Source: Phaeosaccion multiseriatum
Lineage: Eukaryota > Protista > Ochrophyta, other classes
Reading direction: 5' to 3'
Length of the DNA: 64,000 nucleotides
Assembly: GCA_965112735.1 (NCBI GenBank)
Contig: OZ218954.1
Span: forward strand, 3,410,001-3,474,000
The translations under genes and the position numbers were made by a program. The notes beneath the pieces were generated by a model, which was given only the letters and a program-made list of their open reading frames with translations, was not told where the DNA came from and ran no database searches. This document shows positions 45,415-56,769 of this stretch, piece after piece. Numbering within the stretch: position 1 is the first letter of the stretch; every line of letters begins with the position of its first letter.

Positions 45415-45839
45415 CCGACAAACGGAGATATTCCCGACCGATCCGAGATGACTCATGCTTCTTCGCGTGTTGGACCTCCGTGCGACTCACAGGGGCAACT
45501 TTGCTTCGTGTATGACATATTTCCAATAATTGCAACCACAGCAACACCAGCAGCAGCAGCAGCAGTGGCAGAAGAAGAAGAAGAAGAAGAAGAAGAAGAA
45601 GAAGAAGAAGCAGTAGCAGTAGCAGAGGCAGAAGAAGAAGTGTGGCAGTTAAGAGCAAGTGGAGGAAGGAGGAGCCGAAACCCCCCCCCCCAGCCCTTTG
45701 GTGGGACTGGAGTGAAGATGAAGAGAGCGAGTGTAGGGGTTGTGGGGTGCAACGTTGAGTACAATGTGGTGGGATTCAGTGGCAGTCAATGACATGGGCG
45801 AACCTCCCGACTTCGAAGGAGGACTCTGACTGAGAAGCA

Positions 45840-47810
45840 ATGTTCTCGTCCTCTTACGGCAAGTCGATGCTGATGTGCTCAGCGGGACGGGCAGCTCGGA
45901 GCTGCAGAAGAATCATTGGCCAGACCGTGGCAGGAGACCCCCCCTTGCCCCCAACGCTATTTCTACGCAATCTGTGGAGTAGTGTGGGAGGGGGGGCTAA
46001 TACAGCCCTCCGGTCCGTGAGCAGTAGCATCAGCAGCAGTAGCAACCACAGAAGCAACGACAACAGTAGAACCACCAGCACCAACACCAGTACCAGCAGT
46101 AGCAACAACGACAGGAGCAATAGCAATAGAAGCAACAATAACGGTAGCAGTAGCGAGGAGAGCAGGACACATCACAAGGGGGATGCTGTCGGTGGTGGTG
46201 GTGGCAGAAACAGCAGCAGCAGTGGCGGGAAGAGGAGCAGCAGCGAGGAAAGCAGTAGACCCACGCCGAAAGGGGAACTTTTCCGTGGTGGGGTGACGAT
46301 GAGAAGGAGTGGGAGAAGCCCAGTGCGGAGTGACGTGAGCTCGGGTGATCGGAACAGCCGTAGCGAGACAGATAGACGGAGGCGAAGGAGCGACCATCCA
46401 ATGGAGCGTCCGGGTTTCCGCGGCAGCAGCGAAGATGCGAGCAGGGTCGACAGCGGAGGCGAAGGTAGCGGCGGTAATAGTAAGAGTAGAAGGAGGGCTA
46501 GGAGGGCCGATGTGGGCAGTAGGGGAGAGAGGAGCGATGGTGTCACCCTCGGAGAGAGAAGCAACATAGGAAACAGCAGGAGCAGCAGTAGAAGTAGCGG
46601 CACGAGCAGCAGCAGGAGCAGCAGCAGTGGTGGGAACAGCAGTGGGGATGAGAATTGCGAGATGAGGAGAAGTGGACGAATGTATATAAACAGAAACAGC
46701 AGCAGCAGCAGCAGCATCGTGGGGAGTGGTATCGCGAAAAGTACGAACACAAAGGGCGGTGGAGTCTCCGCCTTGATGGGTACCGTCCCGATAGATACTC
46801 CCCCACCACTTCTCGTGCCTCGGCCTTTTGGCAGCCCGAACCCTTCCCCGAGCCCAAGCTATCGCAGGGATGTTTACGGCAGAGGCAGGGGCCGAGGAAG
46901 GGGGGGCTCGAGCACCGTTCGGAGTGGAGACTCAAGCTGGAGCGTTCACAGGCGCGCGTTGGACAAGAAGAGGAAGATCAAAGAGGCACGTGAGGCGAAG
47001 AGGTGGGGCGTGGCGCACTTGTTTCGGATTACGGACATGGGCAAGCGTGGCGACTGGCAAGGAATTGCCAAGGCATTGATGCACACGAGCCCTTTCAAGC
47101 ACTTGCAAGTGAATGCGTTCCACTTTAGTGCGGCCATTTCGGCATTTAGTAGAGTGGGGCGGTGGAGGGGTGCACTGGCACTCTTGGAGGAGATGAAACA
47201 ACGCGGCCTCAATCCCAACGCGGTGGTGTATGCAGCTGCCATCGATGCCTGTGCAAAGGGTTCCCAGCCGGAGAAGGCGGTGGAGCTGCTCGCAGAGATG
47301 AAGAGTAAAGGGGTCAAACCCAACGTCGTAGTGTACTCCGCCGCCATGAACGCCACGGCCCGCACGGGACGGCTGCAGGGGGCTGTTGACTTACTGCAGG
47401 AGATGGAGGAGAACGGCGTTGAGGCGAATGGAGCGTGCTACGCCGTCCTTATCGACGCGTTGCAGCAAGACGAGCGGGAAGAGGACGCCGACCTGCTCTA
47501 TGCACAGGCCGTCTCTCGAGGCATCTTTGACCATTGGAAGAAGGGCTCCGGGAGGAAGGAGAATGGCGAGCAGGTGATGGACCTACATCTTTATACGGCT
47601 GGCATGAGCAAGGCAGCCATCAGACACGTCATCTTTACCGAGAAGAGGAAAGGAAGAGTGCTAGTGATTGTAGGGCGAGGCTCTGGGAGCCGCAACGGCA
47701 AGAGTGTGCTCATGCCTGTGATGCGGGCTTACCTGGGGGATGTGCTCGGGATCAAGGTGACCATCCCCAAACGGGGCGGGGGTGGCGCCCTCGTGATGGC
47801 TTTGGATTAA
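45840..47810 (+). CDS. Intronless PPR-SMR protein, probable mitochondrial presequence
   Basis: About 4-5 PPR motifs (PNAVVYAAAIDACAKG...), then an SMR domain MDLHLYT..MSKAAIRH...VLVIVGRGSGS...VL. Confidence 0.92.
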   Translation: MFSSSYGKSMLMCSAGRAARSCRRIIGQTVAGDPPLPPTLFLRNLWSSVGGGANTALRSVSSSISSSSNHRSNDNSRTTSTNTSTSSSNNDRSNSNRSNNNGSSSEESRTHHKGDAVGGGGGRNSSSSGGKRSSSEESSRPTPKGELFRGGVTMRRSGRSPVRSDVSSGDRNSRSETDRRRRRSDHPMERPGFRGSSEDASRVDSGGEGSGGNSKSRRRARRADVGSRGERSDGVTLGERSNIGNSRSSSRSSGTSSSRSSSSGGNSSGDENCEMRRSGRMYINRNSSSSSSIVGSGIAKSTNTKGGGVSALMGTVPIDTPPPLLVPRPFGSPNPSPSPSYRRDVYGRGRGRGRGGSSTVRSGDSSWSVHRRALDKKRKIKEAREAKRWGVAHLFRITDMGKRGDWQGIAKALMHTSPFKHLQVNAFHFSAAISAFSRVGRWRGALALLEEMKQRGLNPNAVVYAAAIDACAKGSQPEKAVELLAEMKSKGVKPNVVVYSAAMNATARTGRLQGAVDLLQEMEENGVEANGACYAVLIDALQQDEREEDADLLYAQAVSRGIFDHWKKGSGRKENGEQVMDLHLYTAGMSKAAIRHVIFTEKRKGRVLVIVGRGSGSRNGKSVLMPVMRAYLGDVLGIKVTIPKRGGGGALVMALD

Positions 47811-48595
47811 TTAGTAATTTTAATTTAATTTTACATGGAAATTAAGTCTTTTGATGTACTCGTGCATGTATATAAAGGGATGATGGTGAATAATAATAAT
47901 ACGCAAAGTGTTGCTTTCCTTTGCAAAAAAGTGAGACCTCTTGAGGTTGGCCATTTTGGGGGGAACAACGGTACACAAAAACTGAAACTGCCTTTTTACC
48001 TTGCCAAGGCACCTTTGCTGCTTGAAGGTTTAAATGCAATATTAGGGCAGCAAGAGCGGCAAGAGCGGCAAGAGCGTCCTCATGCCATGCCCCCCTTTCT
48101 TACATGGTACTTGCTGACCGCACCTCAATAGTTGGGCAACAGGCAGAGCAGCGTGTGGGCGTGCGTGCGCGTTGGCGCCCACAGCAAGTCCTCGTATGCT
48201 CACGTCGCGCTTCCCCCTGTGGCGAAAAGTGCTACACACTAGCGGCATGAGCCTCCTCCTGGCTGGCGCTGGCTGCCGGCACGACACGTTGAAAGAAGGG
48301 CCTCCCCTCCCCAACTTTTCCCATCAATCACTCAATCAATCAATCTGTGAGAGTTGTGAATTCGACCTAGCGTTAGCTCTGTTTCGATTTAGCGCGGCTG
48401 ATTTAGCGCCGGCTCGCTATACCACATGTAGACACGATCCTCCCAGTCGCTCGTCTGGTTTCACTCCCTCCACCAAGCTTTTCTACCAAGTCTCTCGAGC
48501 AACTGCCGGCACTGTGTGTACCTGCGTGGAAGCTTGCCGTGTGTGAAGAGCAACTTGATCCTGCTGCGACATCTCCTTGTTGCGACGACTCTCCA

Positions 48596-50782
48596 ATGTC
48601 GAGGCCTGTAGAAAATGGGAGCGGACGATATGACAAGCTCGATGTGGCCAGAAGGGCTGCTGAGGGGGCCTCGGCCAAGATTGCTGAGGCTGCGCAGGCT
48701 TACAAGGACAAGGGCGGCGGCGGCAAGAAAGGAGGAGCTCCCGCCAAGAAGGGCGGAGGAAAAGGCGTCGAGAAGGCTCGCAAGAAGAAGGGGAGGTGGA
48801 CCATCTCGGAAGACAATGCTCTGCGCGCCATGGTGCAGAAGCAGCTGCGACCGGACGACAAGCAAGTCCAGTGGATGCCACTGGGCAAGCGCACCGCCGC
48901 GGAGTGCAAGCAACGCTGGAGCGCGGTCCTCTCGAAAGGCCTGAAGAAGGGACCGTGGACCATGCAAGAGGACAAAAAGATCCGCTCTTGGTGAGTGCCT
49001 ACCTGCCTGCCGTGGTTGTGTGTGTGTGTGTGCTTGCTTGCAGGTTGTAGGCCGTTGTGCGCTGGGCTCTGGCATGGCTTTTTGAGCCTTTTTTTATTTT
49101 CTCCCCCGGCGAGCGCGCACATGCCTAGGCCCCTTCACTCTGTGTCGTTGCTTGTCGCCGGACACAAGCCGTCTCTAGCCCGCCCGCCTGCTGAGTGCAT
49201 TGCTCTCTCAAACGCCGTTCTTGTTGACACGAGACACTGCTTCCCGGGTGCTAGCTGAGACACACAGACATTAATTCACAACTACTCGACTCAACGCCTC
49301 CCCGGCCCTGTCGTGCCACCCCCCCCCGCTTTTAATTGATCTGCTGGCCTTGCAGCAAGGCGAGCGGAACAAGCGATTGGACCGAGATCTCCAAGGCCAT
49401 CGAGGAGACAAGGACGCCCAAGCAGTGCCGTGAGAGGTGGGAGAACCATCTCGACCCCTCCCTGAAGCACGGGGCGTGGACGTTGGAGGAAGACAAGGTG
49501 TGTATGTTTATGTATGTGTGTGTGTGTGTGTGTGTGTGCGTATGTGTGTGTGTGTGTGTGTGACTGCGGTGGGTTGTGGGCAAGTTGTTTGCGCACGCTC
49601 TGAGTTGCTCCTCTCCTTCTTCGCCCTCGTCCCGCTTCTCGCTCGGATGCTGATGCTCTCCGTCTCCTCCTCTCGCCATCTCCCCCCCCCTCTCCACCCT
49701 CTTCTCCTCTCCCTTTCCTTCTCCTATCTCTCTCGCACCACTCCTTCCCATCCCCCCATCCCTCCACCCCGTCCCAACAAACCAGCTCCTCGACGAAGCG
49801 CACATATCCAACGAGGGCTCCTGGACCAAGATCAGGGTACGCTTCCCGAACCGAAGCGAGAACGGACTCAAGAACCGCTACAACAGCGCCGGACACAAGA
49901 CCGCCAGACAGACCATTCGCCTGCAGTTTCTTCAGGATGGCGAGCACGACCTCAGTGACGGCAACTCCAGCGACGATGGGAGTGATAACATCCACCAGGG
50001 CCAACAGGACGTCGTCGACGGCGACGTACCACATCGCCATTCTCGTCAGCACCTTCAGCGCCATGCGACGCGTCCACGCCCGACTCACAGTCGCGGTGGC
50101 AGCAGCAGCAGCAGCAGCGAGGACAGGAGTAGTGCAGGAAGTCCCTCTCCTTCTCGGTCTTCTCCTCAGCTCCAGCACCAGCAGCACCACCACCAAGGCC
50201 CCGGCTCCGGCTCCGGTGGCCACGGCTCCAGCCCTCATGCCCCTTCGGCGGGCGGGGGGGTGGCGTCCATGGTCAGTTACACCGTGCCCCACGGAATGCC
50301 CTCTGAACCCTTGGGGGGGGGTTCCTTGGCCTACTCTGGGTCGTCGTCGAGCTCTTCGCTCTCCTTGCTGGCTCGCTCTTCTGGTGTGACTTATCCTCCT
50401 GCTCAATATGACTATGGCCGGCAGCATGACGACAGGACCGACGCCTCTGCTGCGTATCATCAACATCGTCAGCATGAGGATGGAGATGGAGATGGAGATC
50501 GAGATGAAGATGGAGATGACAACATGGGGGAGGCGAGCGACGACGATCGGTCCATGACCACGGCCGCAGAGCACCAACAGCCGCAGCAGTTGGTGATACA
50601 GAAATACGACATGGGCGGTGATGGTGCCGCCAGGTTGCGCCCACCCCCGGAGGTGCAGGAGCTCTGGGGAGACCCGCCTACGGGCCGTCCCCACCTGGAG
50701 AATCCACTTCGCCCTGTTCGGCACTCCTTGCCGGCCGCGTCGGACTTCGAGCAGCAACAGCAGCAAGGCGACTCCGTCTCTC

Positions 50783-50813
<31 letters not shown>

Positions 50814-51642
50814 GTCGAGCCGTTCGGCTGGTCAGGGTCAGGGTCAGGGTCAGGGTCAGAGTCGCGGAGGTAACCGTGGGCACCACCACAACCGAGGCCA
50901 GAGCTTCGATCTTGGAACCTCCTCCTCGCCTCTCTCCGGAGAGGCCAATTCCCCACTCACCGGAGCGGATTTTGGCGTCCTGTGGACAATGGCGGGAAGC
51001 CCCGTAGCTGAATCTTCGCATGGGCCAGGGCCAGGGCAGCATCATCCCATCCTCGGTTCCATTCGATCTACCTCCCTTCTGGCAAGGCCCGAGACGGGTA
51101 CCGAGTCAGGGCCCTCGACAACGCCGCCTCCGCCTCCTCCGCCGCCTCCTCCTTCCCCCGCTACTTCGAGCAATAGACGATCGGTGGCGTCGCTCTGGGG
51201 GGAAGGGGAAGACGAAGACGGCCAGCCGCAAGTTCCTGACCACGCCCATGCCCACGCCCATACCCACGCTCACAACGGTCACGGGGGTGGGATGATGGGC
51301 CTTGGGGAGGCTCAAAACGGCAAATCGGAGCAGGGATCAGCGGGCCAGGAGACTCCCACCTTGCTGCCTGAAAAGGACCAGGACCAAGCTCGTCTTGCCC
51401 CGGGGGGGCAGGGAGGAGGAGGAGGAGGAGGAGGAGGAGGAGGAGGAGGAGGTGTGTCGCCGCATCGGGATGAGCATCAGCCTCAGCATCAGGTTCAGGC
51501 CCAGGCTCTGGCATCTCCTCCTCAGCAGGAAGGGGGCGAGCCGGGCTCTGGTGGCGGCGGCGACGCTCCTCTTCAGCGACTCCCTCGCACCATGCTTCTC
51601 AAGCTTCGCAATAGCGAAACGCAAGCAGTGGCTCAGCGATGA
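48596..51642 (+). CDS. R1R2R3 (3R) MYB transcription factor, 3 exons
   Basis: KGRWTISED...RTAAECKQRW...KKGPWTMQED / DWTEIS..RTPKQCRERWENHLDPSLKHGAWTLEED / (49786) LLDEAH...WTKI...PNRSENGLKNRYN. The last exon is in frame with ORF 50260-51642. Confidence 0.92.
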
Positions 51643-52305
51643 TTGGGTTGACGGAACGAAGCTGCCAGCCCAACCAGTCGCTTGGAGATGTATAAAGGGA
51701 TGTATGTCATCAATCTACCCGAGAGGGTGATCGGTCTTCCTATAAAGGGGGTCGAATCCATGGGATGAGTGATTGATCGTTCGTATAAAGGGGTGTCAAC
51801 AACACCGAAACTGCGCTAGCTAGAGACTTAGGGGGGGGGGGGGGGGCAGAGAAGAGGCATAGTAGGGAGTAGTTGAACAGTTCTGAGACACGTAAGATAT
51901 TTATACAGTAGTGTAAGCAACTTTCTAGGAGCAAGCAGAACAAATTATAAGCAACAATAGACAGGAAGAGTATACTCATCACGAGCAAACCATTCTCTGC
52001 ACGATGCTCTCTCTCGTTGGGCCCTGCCAACTCCCTCGCTACTAAACACTCTTCTCTCCTCCTCTCGCGAAGCTCCCTTCTCTTTTTCCCCAGGGGGGAG
52101 TTTTGTGTATCCACCGGGGGTGCGCACCTTACTGTCTCTCAGGCTTCGGCCGGACGCACTGCCTCTGTTTCCTTGGTGCTTAGCTTGGGGCCTCGTATGG
52201 CCCATCGCTGACCTCTCTCGACGTCTTCTCCCTCGGGCTTGGGGACGAAGACTGGCTGGTGAAGTTTCCCAAAGGAACGGGGGCGATATCGGGAGGTCCG
52301 CGATC

Positions 52306-53636
52306 ATGGAGAGGGAAGCCCCAAGCAGCGAGGTAAGCTGAGGAGAGTGTCACTGCCCACCCCCCCTCTCGCAGGGCACGTCCCTTACTACCGATATGCT
52401 CGACTCGGGCCATACCCCCCTGCTTGTACGGACGTCTGTCCCCAATACAGCTGCGCTCCGCTCATGCCATGCACCGTGCTTCCTTCCTGACTTGCTCCTT
52501 GCTCTGACGATCCTCTGCGTTCCGCGTTGCCACTTTTCTTGTAGTTGGATAATCTCCGATATGCCATCAAGCATGATCGAAATCTCAGCAACGTCAGAGC
52601 ATCAATAGAGGCACTCCTCACCGAGCACAACGGAGACACTTCCTGCCTGGAGAAGAGTAGCGGTGAAGAGGGCTTCACGCCATTGACCCTCGCGATATAC
52701 CAGGGGCGAGGTGATGTGGTCGGCATGCTGCTTGAAGCAGGAGCGTCCGGTAACACACCTGTTGGGTCTGGCACAGAGATTCCTCCACTCATGGCCAACA
52801 ACAGAGATAGGGTAGCAGCGGTGGGGCAACTGCTATCCGCGGGTGCAGGGAGGAGGAGCGCACCCGATCTGCGCTGGGAGGGCACAACCCCCCTGCAACT
52901 GGCCAGTACTTTTGGAGACATCCCCATCGCTCGACAGCTTCTCGCTGCAGGTGTGGACACCGGGAGAAGTGACAGCCAAGGGTGGACTGCGCTCCACTAC
53001 GCCGCTCATGTTGGGCATTTGCCACTCGTGCGAGCTCTACTTGAGGCTAATGCGCCTGCGGATGCCGCAGAGTACAATCGCCTGGCTTCGCCCCTCTTTT
53101 TCGCTTCGAAGGGAGGCCATTCTGTCGTGGTGGAGGCGCTTCTATCTGCGGGCGCAACGGTGGACAGCTTGGCTCTTCATGCAGTGTCTCCACTTCAGGC
53201 AGCGGCAGAGCAAGGCCGTGTAGCGGTGATCCCTGTGCTCGTCGCTAACGGGGCGAACGTGGAGAGGGCAGGAGGCATTCCGCTTATGACGCCGCTGCTT
53301 GCGGCTGCACATCATGGCCGATCAGGGGCGGTATATGAGCTGCTCAGGGTAGGGGCCTCAGTCAACGCCGCCCTGGAGCTGGCTCGGCAGGGGGCCTTGC
53401 CGGAGGCTGCGTATCGCCTCAAGCTCGAAGCGAAGCGCTTCTTTGACTCTCAGCGTGTGCCGGACGTGATGACAATGTGCGATCACGTGTGCTGGGCAAT
53501 GGAGGGGCGCAGCCAGCAGCAGGGGGGGTTGTTGCAGAGGGGGATGCGCAAGGAAGCGCTGGCCATGATTACCGCAAGCATGCAAGAAGAAGAGGAAGAA
53601 GAAGCAGAAGATGGAGATGCTGCGCCGACCCACTAG
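52306..53636 (+). CDS. Ankyrin-repeat protein (exons 52306-52332, 52545-53636)
   Basis: GFTPLTLA, GTTPLQLA, GWTALHYAAHVGHL, SPLFFASKGGH, SPLQAAAEQG, TPLLAAAHHG. Phase-0 intron gtaagc...tgtag. Confidence 0.9.
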
Positions 53637-54219
53637 TGGACAAAGGACGACGCGACTGGAGCATCACAGCCTTGTGGAATGCGTGCATTCACACTGGGGC
53701 GAGCAAGGAGCTTAGTAGTACGGGAGCGGGGGGGCAATTACAGCTTTGCGAGGAACGGGGTGGGAAAGGAAGAACAAGCAGCGAGATCAGACTGGAGTAT
53801 CACAGCCATTGGGGTATATACGCACACACACTGGAAGGAGTGAACAGCATATGGAGGGTGGGATGATATTTTGTGCATGAGAGGGATGGGATGGGAAAGG
53901 TAGAGGCGGTTGAGCGTATCTGAGGAGTGAGAGCGAAGAGACGGGTAGGAAGAGAGCGTAGAGGAGCTTAGCACACCGAAAAGAGCGGGCGGTCAATGTT
54001 GGGAGTAGCTGGGGTAGTGAGTAGAAGCTGGTACAGATCCAGGACGCGGATTGCAGGGGGCCACTCATTGCGGGCGATTGAGGAGAGCGGCGACGTACCA
54101 CGCACGCTGGTAGCAGCCAATCGAAAAATCATAGAAGCAAGCCAGCCGTTAAACAAGCCCGCGAAGCATTTTTCCATATTAGCTTGAGAAAAGAGCTGAA
54201 AAGCGACGGAGGGGCGAGG

Positions 54220-55210
54220 GAGGAGGAGGAGGAGGAGCAGGAGGGGGAAGTGTGTGTGGGGGGGGGTCGCCGCATCGGGATCAGCATCAGCCTCAAAGTC
54301 CCAGGCTCTGACATCTCCTCCTCAGCAGGAAGGGGGCGAGCCGGGCTCTGGTGACGGCGGCGACGCTTCTCTTCAGCGACTCCCTCGCACCATGCTTCTC
54401 AAGCTTCGCAATAGCGAGACGCAAGCAGTGGCTCAGCGATGATTGGGTTGACAGAACGAAGCTGCCAGCCCAACCAGCCGCTTGGAGATGTATGAAGGGA
54501 TGTCATCAATCGACCCGAGAGGGTGATCGGGCTTCCTATAAAGGGGTGCGAACAAGACCGGAACTGCGCTGGGGGAGGGGGGAGTTTTGTGTATCCACCG
54601 CCGGGGGTGCGCGCACCTTATTGTCTCAGGCTTCGGCCGGATATATATACCAGGGGCGAGGTGATGTGGTCGGCATGCTGCTTGAAGCAGGAGCGTCCGG
54701 TAACACGCCGGTCGGGTCTGGCACAGAGATTCCTCCACTCATGGCCAACAACACAGAGAGGGTAGCAGCGGTGGGGCAACTGCTATCCGCGGGTGCAGGG
54801 AGGAGGAGCGGACCCGATCTGGGCTGGGAGAGCAGAACGCCCCTGCAACTGGCTTGTATTGTGAGAGAAATCCGCATCGCTCGACAGCTTCTCGCTGCGG
54901 GCGTGGACACCGGAAGGAGTGACAACCAAGGGTGGACTGCGCTCCACACTGCGCTGCTCATGATGGACCTTTGCCACTCGTGCGAGCTCTACTTGAGGCT
55001 AATGCGCCTGCGGATGCCGCAGAGTGGATGCCGCAGAGTACAATTGCCTGTTCGCCCCTCTTTTTCGCTTCGATGAGAGGCCATTCTGACGTGGTGGAGG
55101 CGCTTCTATCGGCGGGCGCAACGGTGGACAGCTTGGCTCTTCATGCAGTGTCTCCACTTCAGGCAGCGGCAGAGCAAGGCCGTGTAGCGGTGATCCCTGT
55201 GCTCGTCGCT
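54220..55210 (+). pseudogene. Chimeric deleted duplicate of the Myb 3' end, a spacer piece and the ankyrin gene
   Basis: 54220-54550 matches ~51420-51750, 54575-54641 matches ~52090-52153, and 54645-55210 matches ~52695-53246 with frameshifts. Confidence 0.9.
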
Positions 55211-55262
55211 TGTCTTCTGTGCTGTACATGAAGCAAGATGCTGGAGAGCCCCCCTCAAGGCG

Positions 55263-56066
55263 ATGGACAGGTACGAGCGATGGCGCGGGCTGGTATGGAA
55301 GGCATGCTCTCTTGCTCACTCACTTCGTTTCGCATCTATATCAGGCACGCAGGGGCTCCCTCGTCTCAACGACAGCGCCTACCTGAAGGCTCTGAAGACG
55401 TACGTGTCCCAAGACCCTACTCATCGTGTCCTGATGGTGTGGCGCCAGTCGGTGGGCAAGACCCGCACTATGCTGAAGGCCATTGAGGACTGGAGAGCAG
55501 AGGGGAGGCTGGTGGTGGAGGTAGACCTCAAGGGGGTCACGATCAACGCGGACGACTTCCCTGAGCTCATGTGGTCGAGATACATGCAGGAGCTCCAGTG
55601 CCAGGGCCAGGACGGTATTATTGCTGTGGCGCGGGTAGCCATGGCCAGAGCCGTCGCCTCGAACGGGGAAACAGCATCCAGATCCAGAGCATTTCTTGAG
55701 CATCTTGACAGTGTTGCCTGCGAGGAGGGCAGGACGCCACCTGTGCTCGTCATCAGGGATGTGCACAAGCTCGTCACACCGGAGGATGGCAAGGATGCAG
55801 CCGCTGGCTTGGTTATTTTTGAGACACTCTTCACCGACTATGAAAAGCGGAAGCAGGGCACCTCCAGGGTTCCCGTGATTGTGGAGAGCCGTCAGCCCCT
55901 CTGGAGCGACCTCAAAAAGTGCACAAACTTTTCGCCGGAGTCGTTTCAGGACTACGAGGTGACCCTGTGGTCCAAGGAGGAGGCGCGCAGGGCGCTGGTG
56001 CGAGATGCAGAGAGTGTCGATGATGGTGTAATGTTCACCAAGTTGTCTACGGAAGACGACTTTTAA
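55263..56066 (+). CDS. Degenerate P-loop NTPase (archaeal-type ATPase/STAND-like), possibly inactive or a pseudogene
   Basis: RVLMVWRQSVGKT (Walker A lacking the first G), LVVEVDL, PVLVIRDVHKL (Walker-B-like), VIVES, WSKEEARRAL. Confidence 0.55.
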   Translation: MDRYERWRGLVWKACSLAHSLRFASISGTQGLPRLNDSAYLKALKTYVSQDPTHRVLMVWRQSVGKTRTMLKAIEDWRAEGRLVVEVDLKGVTINADDFPELMWSRYMQELQCQGQDGIIAVARVAMARAVASNGETASRSRAFLEHLDSVACEEGRTPPVLVIRDVHKLVTPEDGKDAAAGLVIFETLFTDYEKRKQGTSRVPVIVESRQPLWSDLKKCTNFSPESFQDYEVTLWSKEEARRALVRDAESVDDGVMFTKLSTEDDF

Positions 56067-56284
56067 GATGCTGTGGGATGCGATGGTAAGGGCGCATGAG
56101 GAGCAGGGATAAGGCGTGGTTGCTAGCCGGCGTAGTGATGAGGGGCTCGCGTTGAATATTATTTTGGGGGTAGGTACAGGAGACGGGGTTGGAGGGCCCT
56201 TCCACTGCCATGAGAGGGTGGAATGTACATGTATTGAAATGAGACCACGTAACGAATAAATGTAATCTTCGCTCGTTGATCGGC

Positions 56285-56769
56285 TCCTTCGCTCGCTTCG
56301 ATTCGCTTAGGCGCCCACGCCTCAGCCTACATGGGACCCTCCCACTCGCCCAAGGAGTAAGGAGGATCGAACGTGGCCTGATGCGGCGGTATCTGAGCGA
56401 AGCGAAGCGACCGTGCTCAGACAATCAAGAGGGGAACCACGCTGATGCGACTCCGACCGGCCCGTGCTCGAGAGGCTCGAGCTCGCTGATGATCTTCAGG
56501 ACCGAACAATGTATTCTCGCTCCCTTCATATTTCCAGCCTGCAACTTCGCTTCGATTCGCTTAGGCGCCCACGCCTCAGCCTACGTGGGACCCTCCCACT
56601 CGCCCAAGGAGTAAGGAGGATCGAACGTGGCCTGATGCGGTGGCATCTGAGCGAAGCGAAGCGACCGTGCTCAGACAATCAAGAGGGCAACCACGCTGAT
56701 GCGACTCCGACCGGCCCGTGCTCGAGAGGCTCGGGCTCGCTGATGATCTTCAGGACCGAACAATGTATT
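56285..56769. repeat. Structured tandem repeat, left array (2 units, 254-bp period)
   Basis: Units start cgcttcgattcgcttagg at 56294 and 56548. The second unit breaks off at ...gaacaatgtatt (56769). Confidence 0.92.

Noticed and set aside
49291-51045. 584-aa minus-strand ORF
   Set aside because: Antisense to the Myb exons, crosses microsatellite introns, and has no recognisable domain.
48596-51642. Myb gene as the Harbinger partner ORF
   Set aside because: It is a canonical three-repeat MYB, about 5 kb outside the candidate element end. Harbinger partners carry a single Myb/SANT-like domain inside the TIRs.
54220-55210. Processed retrocopy of the ankyrin gene
   Set aside because: Deletions do not match the 52333-52544 intron, the copy includes intergenic DNA and the Myb tail, and there is no poly(A).
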